Assembly (NCBI RefSeq): GCF_001194135.2
Contig: NC_069003.1
Coordinates: 18,040,848-18,104,847, forward strand
DNA from: Octopus bimaculoides
Lineage: Eukaryota
DNA length: 64,000 nt
Reading direction: 5' to 3'
A program made the translations under genes and the position numbers. Position 1 is the first letter of the stretch. Each line of letters opens with the position of its first letter. The notes beneath the pieces were generated by a model, which saw only the letters and a list, made by a program, of their open reading frames with translations, ran no database searches and was not told the origin of the DNA. Below, piece after piece: positions 50,885 through 63,612 of the stretch.

Positions 50885-51598
50885 ATCATCATCATCATCA
50901 TCATCATCATCGTTTAACGTCCGCTTTCCATGCTAGCATGGGTTGGACGATTTGACTGAGGACTGGTGAACCAGATGGCTACACCAAGCTCCAATCTGAT
51001 TTGACAGAGTTTCTACAGTTGGATGCCTTTCCTAACGCCAACCACTCCAAGAGTGTAGTGGGTGCTTTTACGTGCCACTGGCACGAAGGCCAGTCTGGCG
51101 GTACTGGCAACGGTCACGCTAAAAATGGTGTTTTTTACGTGCCACCTGCACAGGAGCCAGTCCAGCGGCACTGGCAACGATCTCGCTCGGATGTCTTTTC
51201 ACGTGCCACCAGCACAAGTGCCAGGAAGGCAACGCTGGTAACGATCACGCTAAAATGGTGCTATTTACGTGCTACTGGCATGGAAGCCAGACAGCTGCTC
51301 TGGCAACGATCACGCTCGAACGGTGCTCTTAGCGCTCCACTGGTACAGGTGCCATCATGATTTCGCTTTCGTTTGCCCCNNNNNNNNNNNNNNNNNNNNN
51401 NNNNNNNNNNNNNNNNNNNNNNNNNNNNNNNNNNNNNNNNNNNNNNNNNNNNNNNNNNNNNNNNNNNNNNNNNNNNNNNNNNNNNNGTTGGCATGGGTGC
51501 CAGTCGTCGAATTTAGTTCGATTTCGATTTCACTTGCCTCAGCAGGTCTTCGCAAGCAGAGTTTAGTGTCCAATGAAGGAAAGATACGCATAAGTGGG
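50885..51598 (-). mobile_element. RTE LINE 3' end, young copy with an internal gap (similar shorter copies at 43437-43572 and 57174-57380)
   Basis: (CAT)n-CGTTTAACGTCCGCTTTCCATGCTAGCATGGGTTGGACG start. Aligns with 34696-35248 but has extra internal repeats. Confidence 0.8.
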
Positions 51599-51917
51599 CT
51601 GGCTACATATATATATAAATATTATAATATTAGGGAATGTAAAATTCCAAACATACAGGAATATTTAATTTAGTAATACCAAATTGAATTTTATAATAAA
51701 TAATATATGTATATAAATATAATTTAGAGAAGAACCACTGATATACAATTCAAACAATGAAGGAGACCAATCACCATCCAGAAAAGCGTACTCTACAAAA
51801 TACTAATTTAAAAATCTATAAAATCTAAAAGAAGAGTATAAAATCCATTAAAATCTATAAAATACTAGACTAAAATTTAATTCAATTTAGTAAATTGATA
51901 AAATAGAAAGTAAAGTG

Positions 51918-52026
51918 TTGACTACGCGTGTTTCGTGGCCATATTATAGCAGAAAAAAACCAGCACAATTCACAATAAATTGATCAAGATTATATTCTAC
52001 TCAAGATACAGTCACTCCTCAGGTTT
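51918..52026 (-). ncRNA. Hammerhead-ribozyme-like motif (type I minimal core, degenerate stem I)
   Basis: CTGAGGA - stem II GTGACTGTAT/ATATGGCCAC with a long loop - GAAA C ACGC G TA. Stem I has only 2 bp. Confidence 0.4.
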
Positions 52027-52171
52027 CTTGAAAAATAAGAATTCAAATAACGTATCTTACTAAATAAATAATAAAAATATCAGTACTTATAGGAAAGTTC
52101 TTGTTAGTACAATAAATGAAACGTAAACGCTTAATACTAATCATTCAAGTTAAAGGTATGATTCATCTAAA

Positions 52172-52825
52172 ATAATTATTGATGAAAATGGACACAAACG
52201 AAACCCGTCTAGGGTGAGTGCAATAAAAATATGCCTCCCCCAACGAACATTACAATGTTACAAGCATTTTTGGGGCTTGCAAATTACTACCAGGTATACA
52301 TACCAAATATGCACAATCTAAGAGCACCCCTGAATAACTTATTAAAAAAAGACAGTAAGTGGAAGTGATCGGACAAATGCCAAAAGGCTCTTGAACTAAT
52401 TAAAAATGTCTTAACGTCAGAATTGTCATAATCACATTTTGACCCGGATTTAGAAATAGTAGTGACAGCAGATGCTAATGAAAGTGGTATTGGAACGATG
52501 ATTTTACACAAGTATGAAGATGATAGCTTGAAAGCAGTAGCTCATGCTTCACGTTCATTATTGCCAGCTGAGAAATGCTACAGTCAAATAGAAAAAGAGG
52601 CATTAGCCATCATATTTGCATTAAAAAAAATTCCATAAATTTATACATGGAAGAAGATTCCGTCTGCAGACAGGCCACCACCCACTATTGTCAATCTATG
52701 GATCAAAAGAGGGTCCCCACTCATACAGCCAACAGATTGCAGCGCTTGGGAACGATACTACTGAATTATGACTTAATGATGGAGTATTTGCCATCAAAAG
52801 AATTGGGACATGTTAAGCTTTCTCT
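52172..52825 (+). mobile_element. Ty3/Gypsy pol fragment (RT C-terminus and RNase H)
   Basis: LQAFLGLANYY...LRAPLNNLLKKD..W, VVTADANESGIG, VAHASRSLLPAEKCYSQIEKEALAIIFALKK, F.LQTGHHPLLSIYGSK. Contains stops and frameshifts, and no LTRs were found. Confidence 0.92.
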
Positions 52826-52972
52826 ATCACCAACTGCAAATCAATTGTTGCCAGAATTTTAGTCTTCCACTGTTACAATATCCCAATCTTCCACTTGTCA
52901 GCAGATGCCAGTGTTCTGATAACACATAATGCTACTTTTCATCTGTTACTAAATGTAAATTTTCCACTTTTA

Positions 52973-53807
52973 CTAGATGAAAATTTATGGTAGATGCCTC
53001 TTATTTACTTAACAATTTATGCACCACATTGCAGAAATCACAATCTAAGTACATCTCTAAGCAAACTCTTACACTTTTGTACCATTGAATTACAAATAAC
53101 GCTCATCTTTTATGCTCGGGTGACCCTACAGCTTCTTTGTTTAGATAAAATGACTAAATTGTGGGTGTTAAGTCCCCATGAAGGGGTCTTTCTAACTTCT
53201 AAGAAGATGAAATTTTAGAAATATTATTTCATTTGTGTCTAATATCTATGGTTAAAATTTCATCAAGAGCAAAAATATATGAATTTTCATGGAGGTTATG
53301 GCCCTTATGCATAGAATATAATATTTCCAAATAATATTTCCAAATTTCATAATGATCCACTCAGTACTTTTGACCTTGTTTTGGATAATAAAAAAATGAC
53401 TAAAATTTGGGAGTTATGGCCCTCATTAGGGGGTCTTAGAATCCTCATGAGAAATGGAAACTTTGAGAATACTTTTTGATGTGTGTCAATTACCCATGGT
53501 TGAAATTTCATCAACATCAAAAATTTATGAATTTTCATTGGGATTCTGCCTCGCTTTAAGCCATCTAAAATTCAAACCAAACATACTGCATTATACCTGC
53601 CTTATGCATTGAATCTAAGTTCCAAATATCATAAGGATCTATTCAGTAATTTTGGTCCATGAAATTGTATGAAACACACAGCATTACCCTTCTCCCTAGG
53701 CTTGGATTTTGTGTTCCAAATTTCATTAGGATCGGTGTAGTAGTTTTTGAATGTATAAGTAACACACAAACACACACAAAGACATTGACTTATATATATA
53801 TAATAGA
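52973..53807 (-). mobile_element. Non-autonomous Helitron-like element
   Basis: Minus-strand start A|TCTATTATATATATAAGTCAATGTC...GTGTG, internal repeated AAATTTCATCAA...GAATTTTCAT blocks, and CTAG at 52973-52976. No clear terminal hairpin. Confidence 0.5.
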
Positions 53808-53914
53808 TATGAATATGCACATATACATACATGTATGTGTGTGTATTACACACATACACACACACACACAAAAGATAGATTGATAGATACAACTGAGTGG
53901 ACAAACAAAAATAT

Positions 53915-54240
53915 GAGACACTGCCTAGTGCTTTTGTTTATTTTGATAAGCCTGGTACTTATTCTTCTTGTCAAACCAGTAAGTTATGGGGATGTAAATA
54001 TACGAACAGCAGTTGCGAAGCAGTGATGAGGGGGAAACACAGAGACAAAGATATACACATACACTTACATATATACATACATATATATATACGACTGATT
54101 TCTCTCAGTTTCTGTCTACAAAATCCACTCACAAGGCTTTGGTTGGTCTGAGGCTATAGCAGAAGACACATGCCAAGTCACCACACAGGACCATGTGTTT
54201 TGGAAAGAAGTTTCTTACCACACAGCCACACTTGCACCTA
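53915..54240 (-). mobile_element. OR-type SINE copy
   Basis: Reverse complement of the head and body seen at 14955. Confidence 0.7.
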
Positions 54241-54511
54241 TGTATATGTATATGTGTGTGTGTGTGTATGGGTGTATATATATGTATGCATGTATATATG
54301 TATATATATATATGTGTATATATATTACATGTACATCTATATATATATACATCTACACATATACATGTATACATATACATCTATATCTATATATATACGT
54401 GTATACATATACATGTATACATATACATGTATACATATACATGTATATATATACATGTATATCTATATCCATCTATATATATACATTTGTGCAGATGTGT
54501 ATATATATCAT

Positions 54512-54557
<46 letters not shown>

Positions 54558-54908
54558 GAAACTTACTTGCAAATGGACGCGTCACGTTCGATAATATAAT
54601 AATACAAATGATATATGTGCATATGCATGTATACATACTTATATGTAGGAACCTACATATACATGTATATATAGATGCATATCCAGGTACAGGATGTCAG
54701 ACAAGTAAACGGGTGTCAGACAAGGAACAAAAAGCACAAAAACGGACTCTGTTTACAGACAACAGAACAAACACAGGAAAACAGACAAGCTGCCTCTATT
54801 CTAAACTAGGCATTTCGAAGATGAGGCAGTATATATATATATTTATATATATATATATATATACTATATATATATATGTATATATATGATATATTATATA
54901 TATGTATG

Positions 54909-54940
<32 letters not shown>

Positions 54941-54999
54941 AATGTATGTATGTATATATGTATGTATGCCTGCATATATGTGAGATAATAGTTTCACTT

Positions 55000-55269
55000 T
55001 AATAGTTTCAGTATTAAAGTGAAATTATTAAAGGGAAAATAACTGACATTATGTTATTGTTTCACTTATAACACGTAATACTGCAATAGTGGTGGAGATA
55101 TGATATTGCTCTGGGCTCGCACTAGGCAAGAAGTTAAAAATTGTTTTGGCCTATGACGCTACATGGACCCTAAGTAAGGCATGTGTAAAATTTGAATGAA
55201 AATTGATGGTGTAGTTCTCAAGTTTTAGGGATTCACACAGACACACATTCTCATCTTTATATATATAGA
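55000..55269 (-). mobile_element. Helitron-like 5' end fragment
   Basis: Minus-strand start A|TCTATATATATAAAGATGAGAATGTGTGTCTGTGTG...TTCATTCAAATTTTACACATG. No 3' end was found. Confidence 0.45.
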
Positions 55270-55574
55270 TATATACACAAGCATATATGGGTACAGAATG
55301 TCACCAATGGTTCAAACAACATGAAATACGTAAACAAATGAGTTAGAAACATAAACCATGAGAAAAAATGGAAAACAGGACAAGTAAACACAGAGAAAAG
55401 ACCCTTCATCAGTTGTTGGCTGTCTATCTACTCCTCATTTCGAGCATTCAGCAACAATATGAGTGTTCAAAGACAGTTGCTTCTATGTGTAAGAGAAGAC
55501 AGGATGTTATCAGTGTGTTTTTGAGGTATGTGCACATACAAAATAAAAGTATGTATTTGTGTATGTTAGAGATA

Positions 55575-55621
<47 letters not shown>

Positions 55622-55770
55622 GTACATACATAAATATATATACTTACACACACACACATGCATATATATATAGTAAATAATATATAGCATGTATATACAT
55701 ATATATGCATACATATGTATATATATGTATAATATATACTATATATTATTTACTATATATATATATGTGT

Positions 55771-55803
<33 letters not shown>

Positions 55804-56056
55804 CATAATATTTACACATATATACACATACATATGCACATATCCCTAACNNNNNNNNNNNNNNNNNNNNNNNNNNNNNNNNNNNNNNNNNNNNNNNNNN
55901 NNNNNNNNNNNNNNNNNNNNNNNNNNNNNNNNNNNNNNNNNNNNNNNNNNNNNNNNNNNNNNNNNNNNNNNNNNNNNNNNNNNNNNNNNNNNNNNNNNNN
56001 NNNNNNNCCAATCACACACACAAATACATGCAATCACCCAAACACATACACGAGAT

Positions 56057-56113
<57 letters not shown>

Positions 56114-57106
56114 AGCACACACATATATATACACAATCAAGCACTCATATACACACACAAACATGCACTCATACACATGCATACACACACACACACGATC
56201 TCGCACAAACTCCCACAAATACACACATTCTCACAAACACAAACTCTCTCACAAACATACATACACACAAACACACAAGCAAACATTCACAAGCTCACGC
56301 TCATTCTCACAAACACACACACACATTCACAGACACACGCACACACACACGTATACACACACACACACACACTCTCTCTCTCACAAACACACACTCTCTC
56401 ACAAGCAAGTAAACACGCACCCACCCACCCACACGCACACACACAAACTCACACATATATACAAGCACATATACATTTGGGATAGGGTCTCACCTTCTGC
56501 TACAGGAAGAATTATCCAATCATTGCCATTTCTTCTATTTACTTTGATGCCAAATTCTAAGGAAGGTGTGGTTAGTACCATCTGTTTCTGTGAGAAATCA
56601 AACCAGTCAGCATTTGGTGCTAATGATGATGCTCTACCAGTTTAGTTCCTAACATTATTTTGCATTATTTCAGCAGCAGATTCCTTACTATACCAGCCTA
56701 TCAACCTTCCCACCTAAGTTCTATTTTCTCAGATAATATATATATATATATATGTACTTATATATGCATACACACACTCCTATACTCTTTTCTAAATCAT
56801 CTATCTCACACTCCCCCTCCTCCTCTCTCTCTCTCTCTCACTATATATATATATATGTATATGTGTGTGTGTGCGTGTGTATCTCTTTTTGCTCTATCTT
56901 CCTTTTCCCTTCTTCTTTGTCACTTTCTTCATGTCTGCCCGTTTGTCAGTTTCTACACACATAGAGCAGCACGCACGCATGCACACACACACATGTGTAT
57001 ATGTATATGTATATATAAATGTGTGTATGTGTGTGTGTCTATGTATATCAGTTTCTACACACATAGAGAGGCACGCACGCATGCATGCACACACACACTC
57101 ACATTT

Positions 57107-57176
<70 letters not shown>

Positions 57177-57480
57177 TCATCATCATGATCGTTTAATGTC
57201 CGTTTACCATGCTAGCATGGGTTGGACGATTTGACTGAGGACTGGCAAGCCAGAAGGCTGCACCAGCCTCCAATGTGATCTGGCAGAGTTTCTACAGCTG
57301 GATGCCCTTCCTAACGCCAACCACTCCGAGAGTGTAGTGGGTGCTCTTATGTGCCACTGGCACGAGGGCCAGTCACATGGTGTGTGTGTGTCTATGTATA
57401 TATATATATGTGTATCTATATATATGCATATAAGTGTATATATATATATGTATGTATACACACATACACACACACACACA

Positions 57481-57798
57481 TATTGGGTCATCCCATAAAT
57501 AATGCAGTTTTTTCAATTGCATGAACTAAAAGTCAGAGAGGGACAGGATAAACTACCTGCATCAACTTGCTATAAAAGTAAGTAGTAATTTTACCTTGTA
57601 CTTATTCTTAGTGCAAGTTTTGAAGAGTGCAGTTCGATTTTAACAATTATTTTTTCAAAGCTAGAATGGAAGTGACAAAGGAGCATATTGGTACAAGTCC
57701 ATACCTCATAGAATTCAAGCTGTAATTATGTCCTACCCCATATTAAAATAAATTTATTTGAAATTTTAAGGTGTTTCCATTATTTTCTCCAACCCCTA
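57481..57798 (+). mobile_element. Chimeric remnant: mariner left end joined to Tc1-like right end
   Basis: TA-TTGGGTCATCCCATAAATAATGC..., ATG at 57666 (MEVTKEHI). From about 57691 the sequence matches the 3' end and TIR of the Tc1 copy at 62280-62387. Confidence 0.7.
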
Positions 57799-58100
57799 TG
57801 TATATATATATATACATAAGTGCTTATCAACTGAAAGAATTATTGTTAGAAGAAAAGTAGCACTTGTGTGAAAAAGGTAGAGAAACTGAAAGCATTTCAT
57901 GAGATTCAAGTGAGGAATTCTCTGTGGAATTCTGTAATTGTGAAGTCAGCAATGTCAGACTGTATCTACAAAGATGTAGTTACAGGTATATAAATGAAGT
58001 TTTGAAAGAGTATGGTTCAAAAAGTTGATTGATAAGAAGTCAAATGCAAGCAGCCAAATATTGTGAGGTGATTTGATGTACACGCACGCACGCATGCACG

Positions 58101-58132
<32 letters not shown>

Positions 58133-58271
58133 TCTATGAGTTAAATTCAGTCTATTTCTCTGATGATACAGAGTGACTCCCTGTCAAAACATGGGTTTGA
58201 GAGTAAAAGATAAATCTAATTGATATCTATCCACCCATCTGTCTGTATATATACATATATATATATATATA

Positions 58272-58423
58272 TTGGCTGTGTGGTAAGAAGCTTGCTTCCC
58301 AACCACATGGTTCCAGGTTCAGTCCCACTGTGTGGCACTTTGGGCAAATGTCTTCTACTATAGCCTCAGGCTGACCAAAACCTTGTAAGTGGTCTTGGTA
58401 GAAGGAAACTGAAAGAAACCTGT

Positions 58424-58517
<94 letters not shown>

Positions 58518-58710
58518 TACCCCACTATCACTTAATAACTGATGTTGGTATGTTTACATCCCTGTAACTTAGCGGTTTGGTAAAAGAGACTGATAGAATA
58601 AGTTCTAGGCTTTCAAAGAATAAGTTCTAGGGTCGATTTGTTTGACTAAAGTGGTGCTCCAGCATGGGCACAGTCAAATTACTGAAACAAGTAAAAGAAT
58701 AAAAGAATAT
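58272..58710 (+). mobile_element. Full-length OR-type SINE with an expanded (TG)n
   Basis: Aligns end to end with 14955-15370. Confidence 0.85.
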
Positions 58711-59141
58711 ATTTATATACAATTTCTCTGACTCCACATTCTGTTTTCTTTTTCTCTCTCTATCCCTCTATAATCCTCTATATTTTCCCTTTCACCTCCT
58801 CCCTCTTTGTCTTTTTTTCACTCCCTGCTATCTTTTGTTCCTTCTCACTCCTTTTGTTTCTTTCCTCCATCCCCTCTCTCATGCCCCTTTCTTTCCCTCA
58901 TTCTCTCTCTTGTCCCCCTTTGACTCTGCTTCTTGATCATACATGATTATAGGCCTTTTTTCTCACCTCTGTCTTTTTTGGATCCGGCATCCAACTAACT
59001 GGACATTATTTCCCACTTCTCTCGCCTCTCAACACTTTTTTTCTCTTCTATTATTTTCTCCTCTTCTATTTATTCTATATTTTTTCAAAACTTCTCCCAG
59101 GCGTTACCCGTTACAATTCATCTTAGCCTAATAGCCCTTAA

Positions 59142-59362
59142 CCCTTTAGCATTTAAACCGGCCATATCCGGCCAAAAGTATTCTCCTTATTCTATGTTCA
59201 AACTGGCCAGATCTGGTCTCTCACACCAACCCTACAATATCGTTTTAAAAATTAACAGCTACCTCATCAAAATCTCATAGCTACGAGATAATGCATGATT
59301 AGTTCAAAACAATGTGGATAAAAAAGCATTAATTATGGCAGAATAATGTGAACACTAAAGGG
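59142..59362. mobile_element. piggyBac-like MITE (family A), best-preserved copy
   Basis: TTAA TSD at 59138-59141 and 59363-59366, TIRs CCCTTTAG and CTAAAGGG. Confidence 0.8.
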
Positions 59363-60224
59363 TTAATGTTTGTCTTCGTCGATTGTTTACTCTGTATGTC
59401 CGTTCTGTTGTTGTTTGTTCATTCGTAGCCTTAACTCTCCACAAATTTTATATTTTGAAAATTTCTGATGCTGCTGTCTTACGAAGTTTCCCTATCTTGT
59501 CATTAAAAGCACAAAATGGGTAGTAATAAACAGTCCGACAACTGACGAGGAGTTATCTTCTTTTGGTATTTTGTCCTGTATTTTTCTCTCGTGTATTTAC
59601 GTATTCATCACATGTTGGTAATGTCGTGTACACAATGTGCATNNNNNNNNNNNNNNNNNNNNNNNNNNNNNNNNNNNNNNNNNNNNNNNNNNNNNNNNNN
59701 NNNNNNNNNNNNNNNNNNNNNNNNNNNNNNNNNNNNNNNNNNNNNNNNNNNNNNNNNNNNNNNNNNNNNNNNNNNNNNNNNNNNNNNNNNNNNNNNNNNN
59801 NNNNNNNNNNNNNNNNNNNNNNNNNNNNNNNNNNNNNNNNNNNNNNNNNNNNNNNNNNNNNNNNNNNNNNNNNNNNNNNNNNNNNNNNNNNNNNNNNNNN
59901 NNNNNNNNNNNNNNNNNNNNNNNNNNNNNNNNNNNNNNNNNNNNNNNNNNNNNNNNNNNNNNNNNNNNNNNNNNNNNNNNNNNNNNNNNNNNNNNNNNNN
60001 NNNNNNNNNNNNNNNNNNNNNNNNNNNNNNNNNNNNNNNNNNNNNNNNNNNNNNNNNNNNNNNNNNNNNNNNNNNNNNNNNNNNNNNNNNNNNNNNNNNN
60101 NNNNNNNNNNNNNNNNNNNNNNNNNNNNNNNNNNNNNNNNNNNNNNNNNNNNNNNNNNNNNNNNNNNNNNNNNNNNNNNNNNNNNNNNNNNNNNNNNNNN
60201 NNNNNNNNNNNNNNNNNNNNNNNA

Positions 60225-60261
<37 letters not shown>

Positions 60262-61086
60262 AATATGAGGGTGAGAGAGAGAGGGGGGAGGGAGAGGGAG
60301 GGGAGTGTATTTGCTAATCTAAAAATCCATATTGTTTGACAATATAGATTTTATATCAAGGAACATGCACGACAATATCCATTCAAGAACCGTGACACAC
60401 TTATTACTTCATAACCCTAACCTCTCTCTCTTCTACCCCCCTCCCACTACCAACAACAACACTCCCCTCTGTCACCATCACCCCCATCACTGCAATCACC
60501 ACTGCCACCACCACCCTAACACTTCATAATAATGGTTCAATTGTAAAATTTCACTTTTACCACTTCTCTCCCACCACTTCCAGTTGTGGTTCTTGTTCCT
60601 GTCCTTATAATAACACTGCATGTAGATTCACCTTTGTTTATTGTTAGCAGCAGCAGTAGCAGTAGTAGTAGTGGTACAATCATCCTTGTTATCGTTATAG
60701 TAATAATCATAGAAATAATTCCAGGAAAAAAAAATTTTCCTCACCATCATCTTCATAGTCACTATCATCATTATCACCATCGGCATCATTGTCATCATAA
60801 GCATCATCAGCTTTACTGTTACTTCCCTTGTCCCCATCACCCCTCCTTCATTGCAAGCATAACAGGAACTTTATGTAGTTGTTTGAAATAGCAGTCAAAT
60901 TTTCCTCAGATAATCAACTTTTCTCTCTCTCTCTCTCTCTCTCATCTCCCTTTCTCTTCTTCTCTCTCCTCTCCTCTCTTTCTTTCCCTCCCTCTCTCCT
61001 CCCCCTCTCTCTTGCTCTTTCTCTGCTATCTCTCACCACCCCTCTCTATCTATCTATATACACACACATGCACATGCATATACGTG

Positions 61087-61137
<51 letters not shown>

Positions 61138-61151
61138 GTATGTATATATAT

Positions 61152-62389
61152 ATAATGTAAACACCTAGCATCATAGCATCATAATTTTGAAATATCTATA
61201 AAACCGTCAAAAACTTGTTTATTTTTATGTTTTTTGATTTATTATTAGTGTTGCTTAATATGTTTTGTTAAAATTGCTGTTTATTTTCAGATATCATCAG
61301 AAAAAGCTAATTAAAATTCATTAAAATGACTGATCTATTGGACTTTCAAAGAGGTCAAATTCTTGGTGCTCATATGGCAGGTACTAGTGTAATGAAAACA
61401 GCTGAAATGTTTGGTGTATCAAGAAGTACTGTCTCGAAAGTAATGACAGCCTTTGAGAAAGAAGAAAAAATCTCCTTGTCGAAACAAAACTCCGGAAAAA
61501 AACCAAAGCTTTCAGATAGGGACCATAGGACTCTTACATGAATTATTAGAAAGGATCACAAAAATACAGCTCCCAAAATTACTGCTGAGCTTAATGACCA
61601 CCTTGAGAACCTAGTTTCCACTAAAACTATTTGCCGGGAGCTGCACAAAGCTGGATTTCACAGGAGGGCTGCAATCAGAAAACCACTACTATCAAAAACA
61701 GACATTGCAAGGCATTTAGAGTGGAGTAAAAACCTACAGAATTGTCCCTAGAGCAGTGGAAGAATGTTATTTTCTTGGATGAGTCATCCTTTACCTTATT
61801 TCTGACCACCAGCCAAGTATACATGTGGAGACAGCCAAAAGAAGCATTTGACCCAGACTGCCTTCTTCCAACTGTTAAACACAGAGGAAGATCTATGATG
61901 AACTGAAGATCTGCTGGCCCAATGGTTTCCCTTGATGGCAGAATTAATAGTCAAGACTATTTAAGCATTTTATCTGATCAAATTCATCCTATGGTTGCAG
62001 AACTGTTTCTGGAGGGAAACAATCTTTCAGGATGATAATGCACCAACTCACACCGCTAAATTTGTTACTGAATGGCACGGGGAACATTCTAGTGAAGTTG
62101 AACATCTTATCTGGCCACCACAGTCCCCAGATCTCAATATTATTGAACATTTATGGTGCATTTTATAAAAACAAGTAAGGAGTCGATATCCTCCACCCTC
62201 ATCACTACAAGAACTGGAGACTGTTTTAGCTGAAGAATGGACAAAAATTCCTTTAGAAACAATTGAAACTTTGTATGAGTTCATACCTCATAGAATTCAA
62301 GCTGTAATTATTGCCAAACGCAGTCCTACCCCATGTTAAAATAAATTTGAAATTTTAAGGTGTTTCCATTATTTTGTCCAACCCCTGTA
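61152..62389 (+). mobile_element. Tc1-like transposon with inactivated transposase
   Basis: MTDLLDFQRGQILGAH...GVSRSTVSK (HTH), VIFLDES, QDDNAPTH, WPPQSPDLNIIEHLW. Right TIR ...GGTGTTTCCATTATTTTGTCCAACCCCTG-TA, and only the inner part of the left TIR remains. Contains stops and frameshifts. Confidence 0.93.
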
Positions 62390-62650
62390 TATTGAAATAT
62401 GAATTAGTAGCAGCTTGAACTATATAAACAAAATCGAACACACATACACAAAGTGTGCGTGTGTGTGTGTGTTGTTAGTTTGTGGGTTGGCTGTGTTTTA
62501 GGCATAGGAGAATATATTCTCAATGCACCTACTGTTAAAACAACTGAAAGTAAGTCATAGGCAAGCTAGACAATTCACATCAAGTCCTTTTTTGGAGTGA
62601 CAGACATTGATATTTCATCATTGTTGTGACTTTTTAATGCCATGTACTGG

Positions 62651-63530
62651 ACAAGGTCTGCTGAAAGCTATATCGCTGATTATGACTATATGCTAAATGG
62701 TTGGGACATTGTAGCAGATGGTTTCTAAACCATTTAGCACATAGCCATAGTCAACAATATATAGCTTGCAGATGAAATGACTTTGGCCTTCTTTGGAGCA
62801 AGTGAATTGGGGCATTTCCACTGCATAAATTGACTTAGTTCCTGGCTCAAAGTCATGAAGCCAACACTCATCCTGGGTTAAGAAACATTCAAAGAAGCTA
62901 GCTGGACCTGTCTCAAACAATGTTTCAAACAATGTCAAATTTTCCTGTGATGTGATCAACATAATGCACTTTTGATCAGGTGTCAGAAGATGTGACATCC
63001 ACCGAGCAGAAACCTTCATTATGCTAAGTTCATTGTGCAGAATATTCTCAACTTTCTTACAGGATATGCTAACAGCATTGGTTATATATTTGATTTTGTA
63101 ATCAATCACCTATCATCCATCACCATGTGGAGAACATGATCAATGTTTTCCTTGGTGGTGACAGCTGCAGGATGTTCAGACTTTGTTTCATCTTCAAGAC
63201 TCTCTGTTCCCCTCCTAAATTCAGCTGCCCATTTTTGCACTGTTGATAAAGCTGAAATGTTACTCCCTAATGTAGCAGCCATGTCTGCATGAATGTCCTT
63301 GTGGACTAAACCCTTTTTCTGCAAGTATTTGATAACACCACAATACAAATTTTGTCGATTTTCAAGAGAAGTCACAGCTAGCTACTTCTGAAGTTTTCTT
63401 TGAGATGTTAGTTCACCTGGAAAGAAACAATGCAGTTATTAATAAGAAAAGTTAAAATTAATGCATGCAAGATTTCACAGCTCTGCCATCACTCCTTCAC
63501 AGTCAGACTTTGAACTTTTTAGCCCACCTG
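62651..63530 (-). mobile_element. Internally deleted mariner (irritans/Himar1-like)
   Basis: VIKYLQKKG...STVQKWAAEFRRG.ESLEDE, MKVSARWMSHLLTPDQK, FLTQDECWLHDFEPGTK. TIR-like ends at about 63530 and 62651. The second half of the catalytic domain is missing. Confidence 0.85.
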
Positions 63531-63612
63531 CATGTGCACGCGTGTGTGTAGTTAAAGAATGAATTACTCAATACTGTTTGTAGAATATATAACTTGTCAC
63601 CCCTCTTTTTTT

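Noticed and set aside
55400-59560. CTGATGA and CTGACGA motifs at about 55415 (minus) and 59541 (plus) in two related repeat fragments
   Set aside because: No compatible stem II, GAAA and stem I arrangement could be built.
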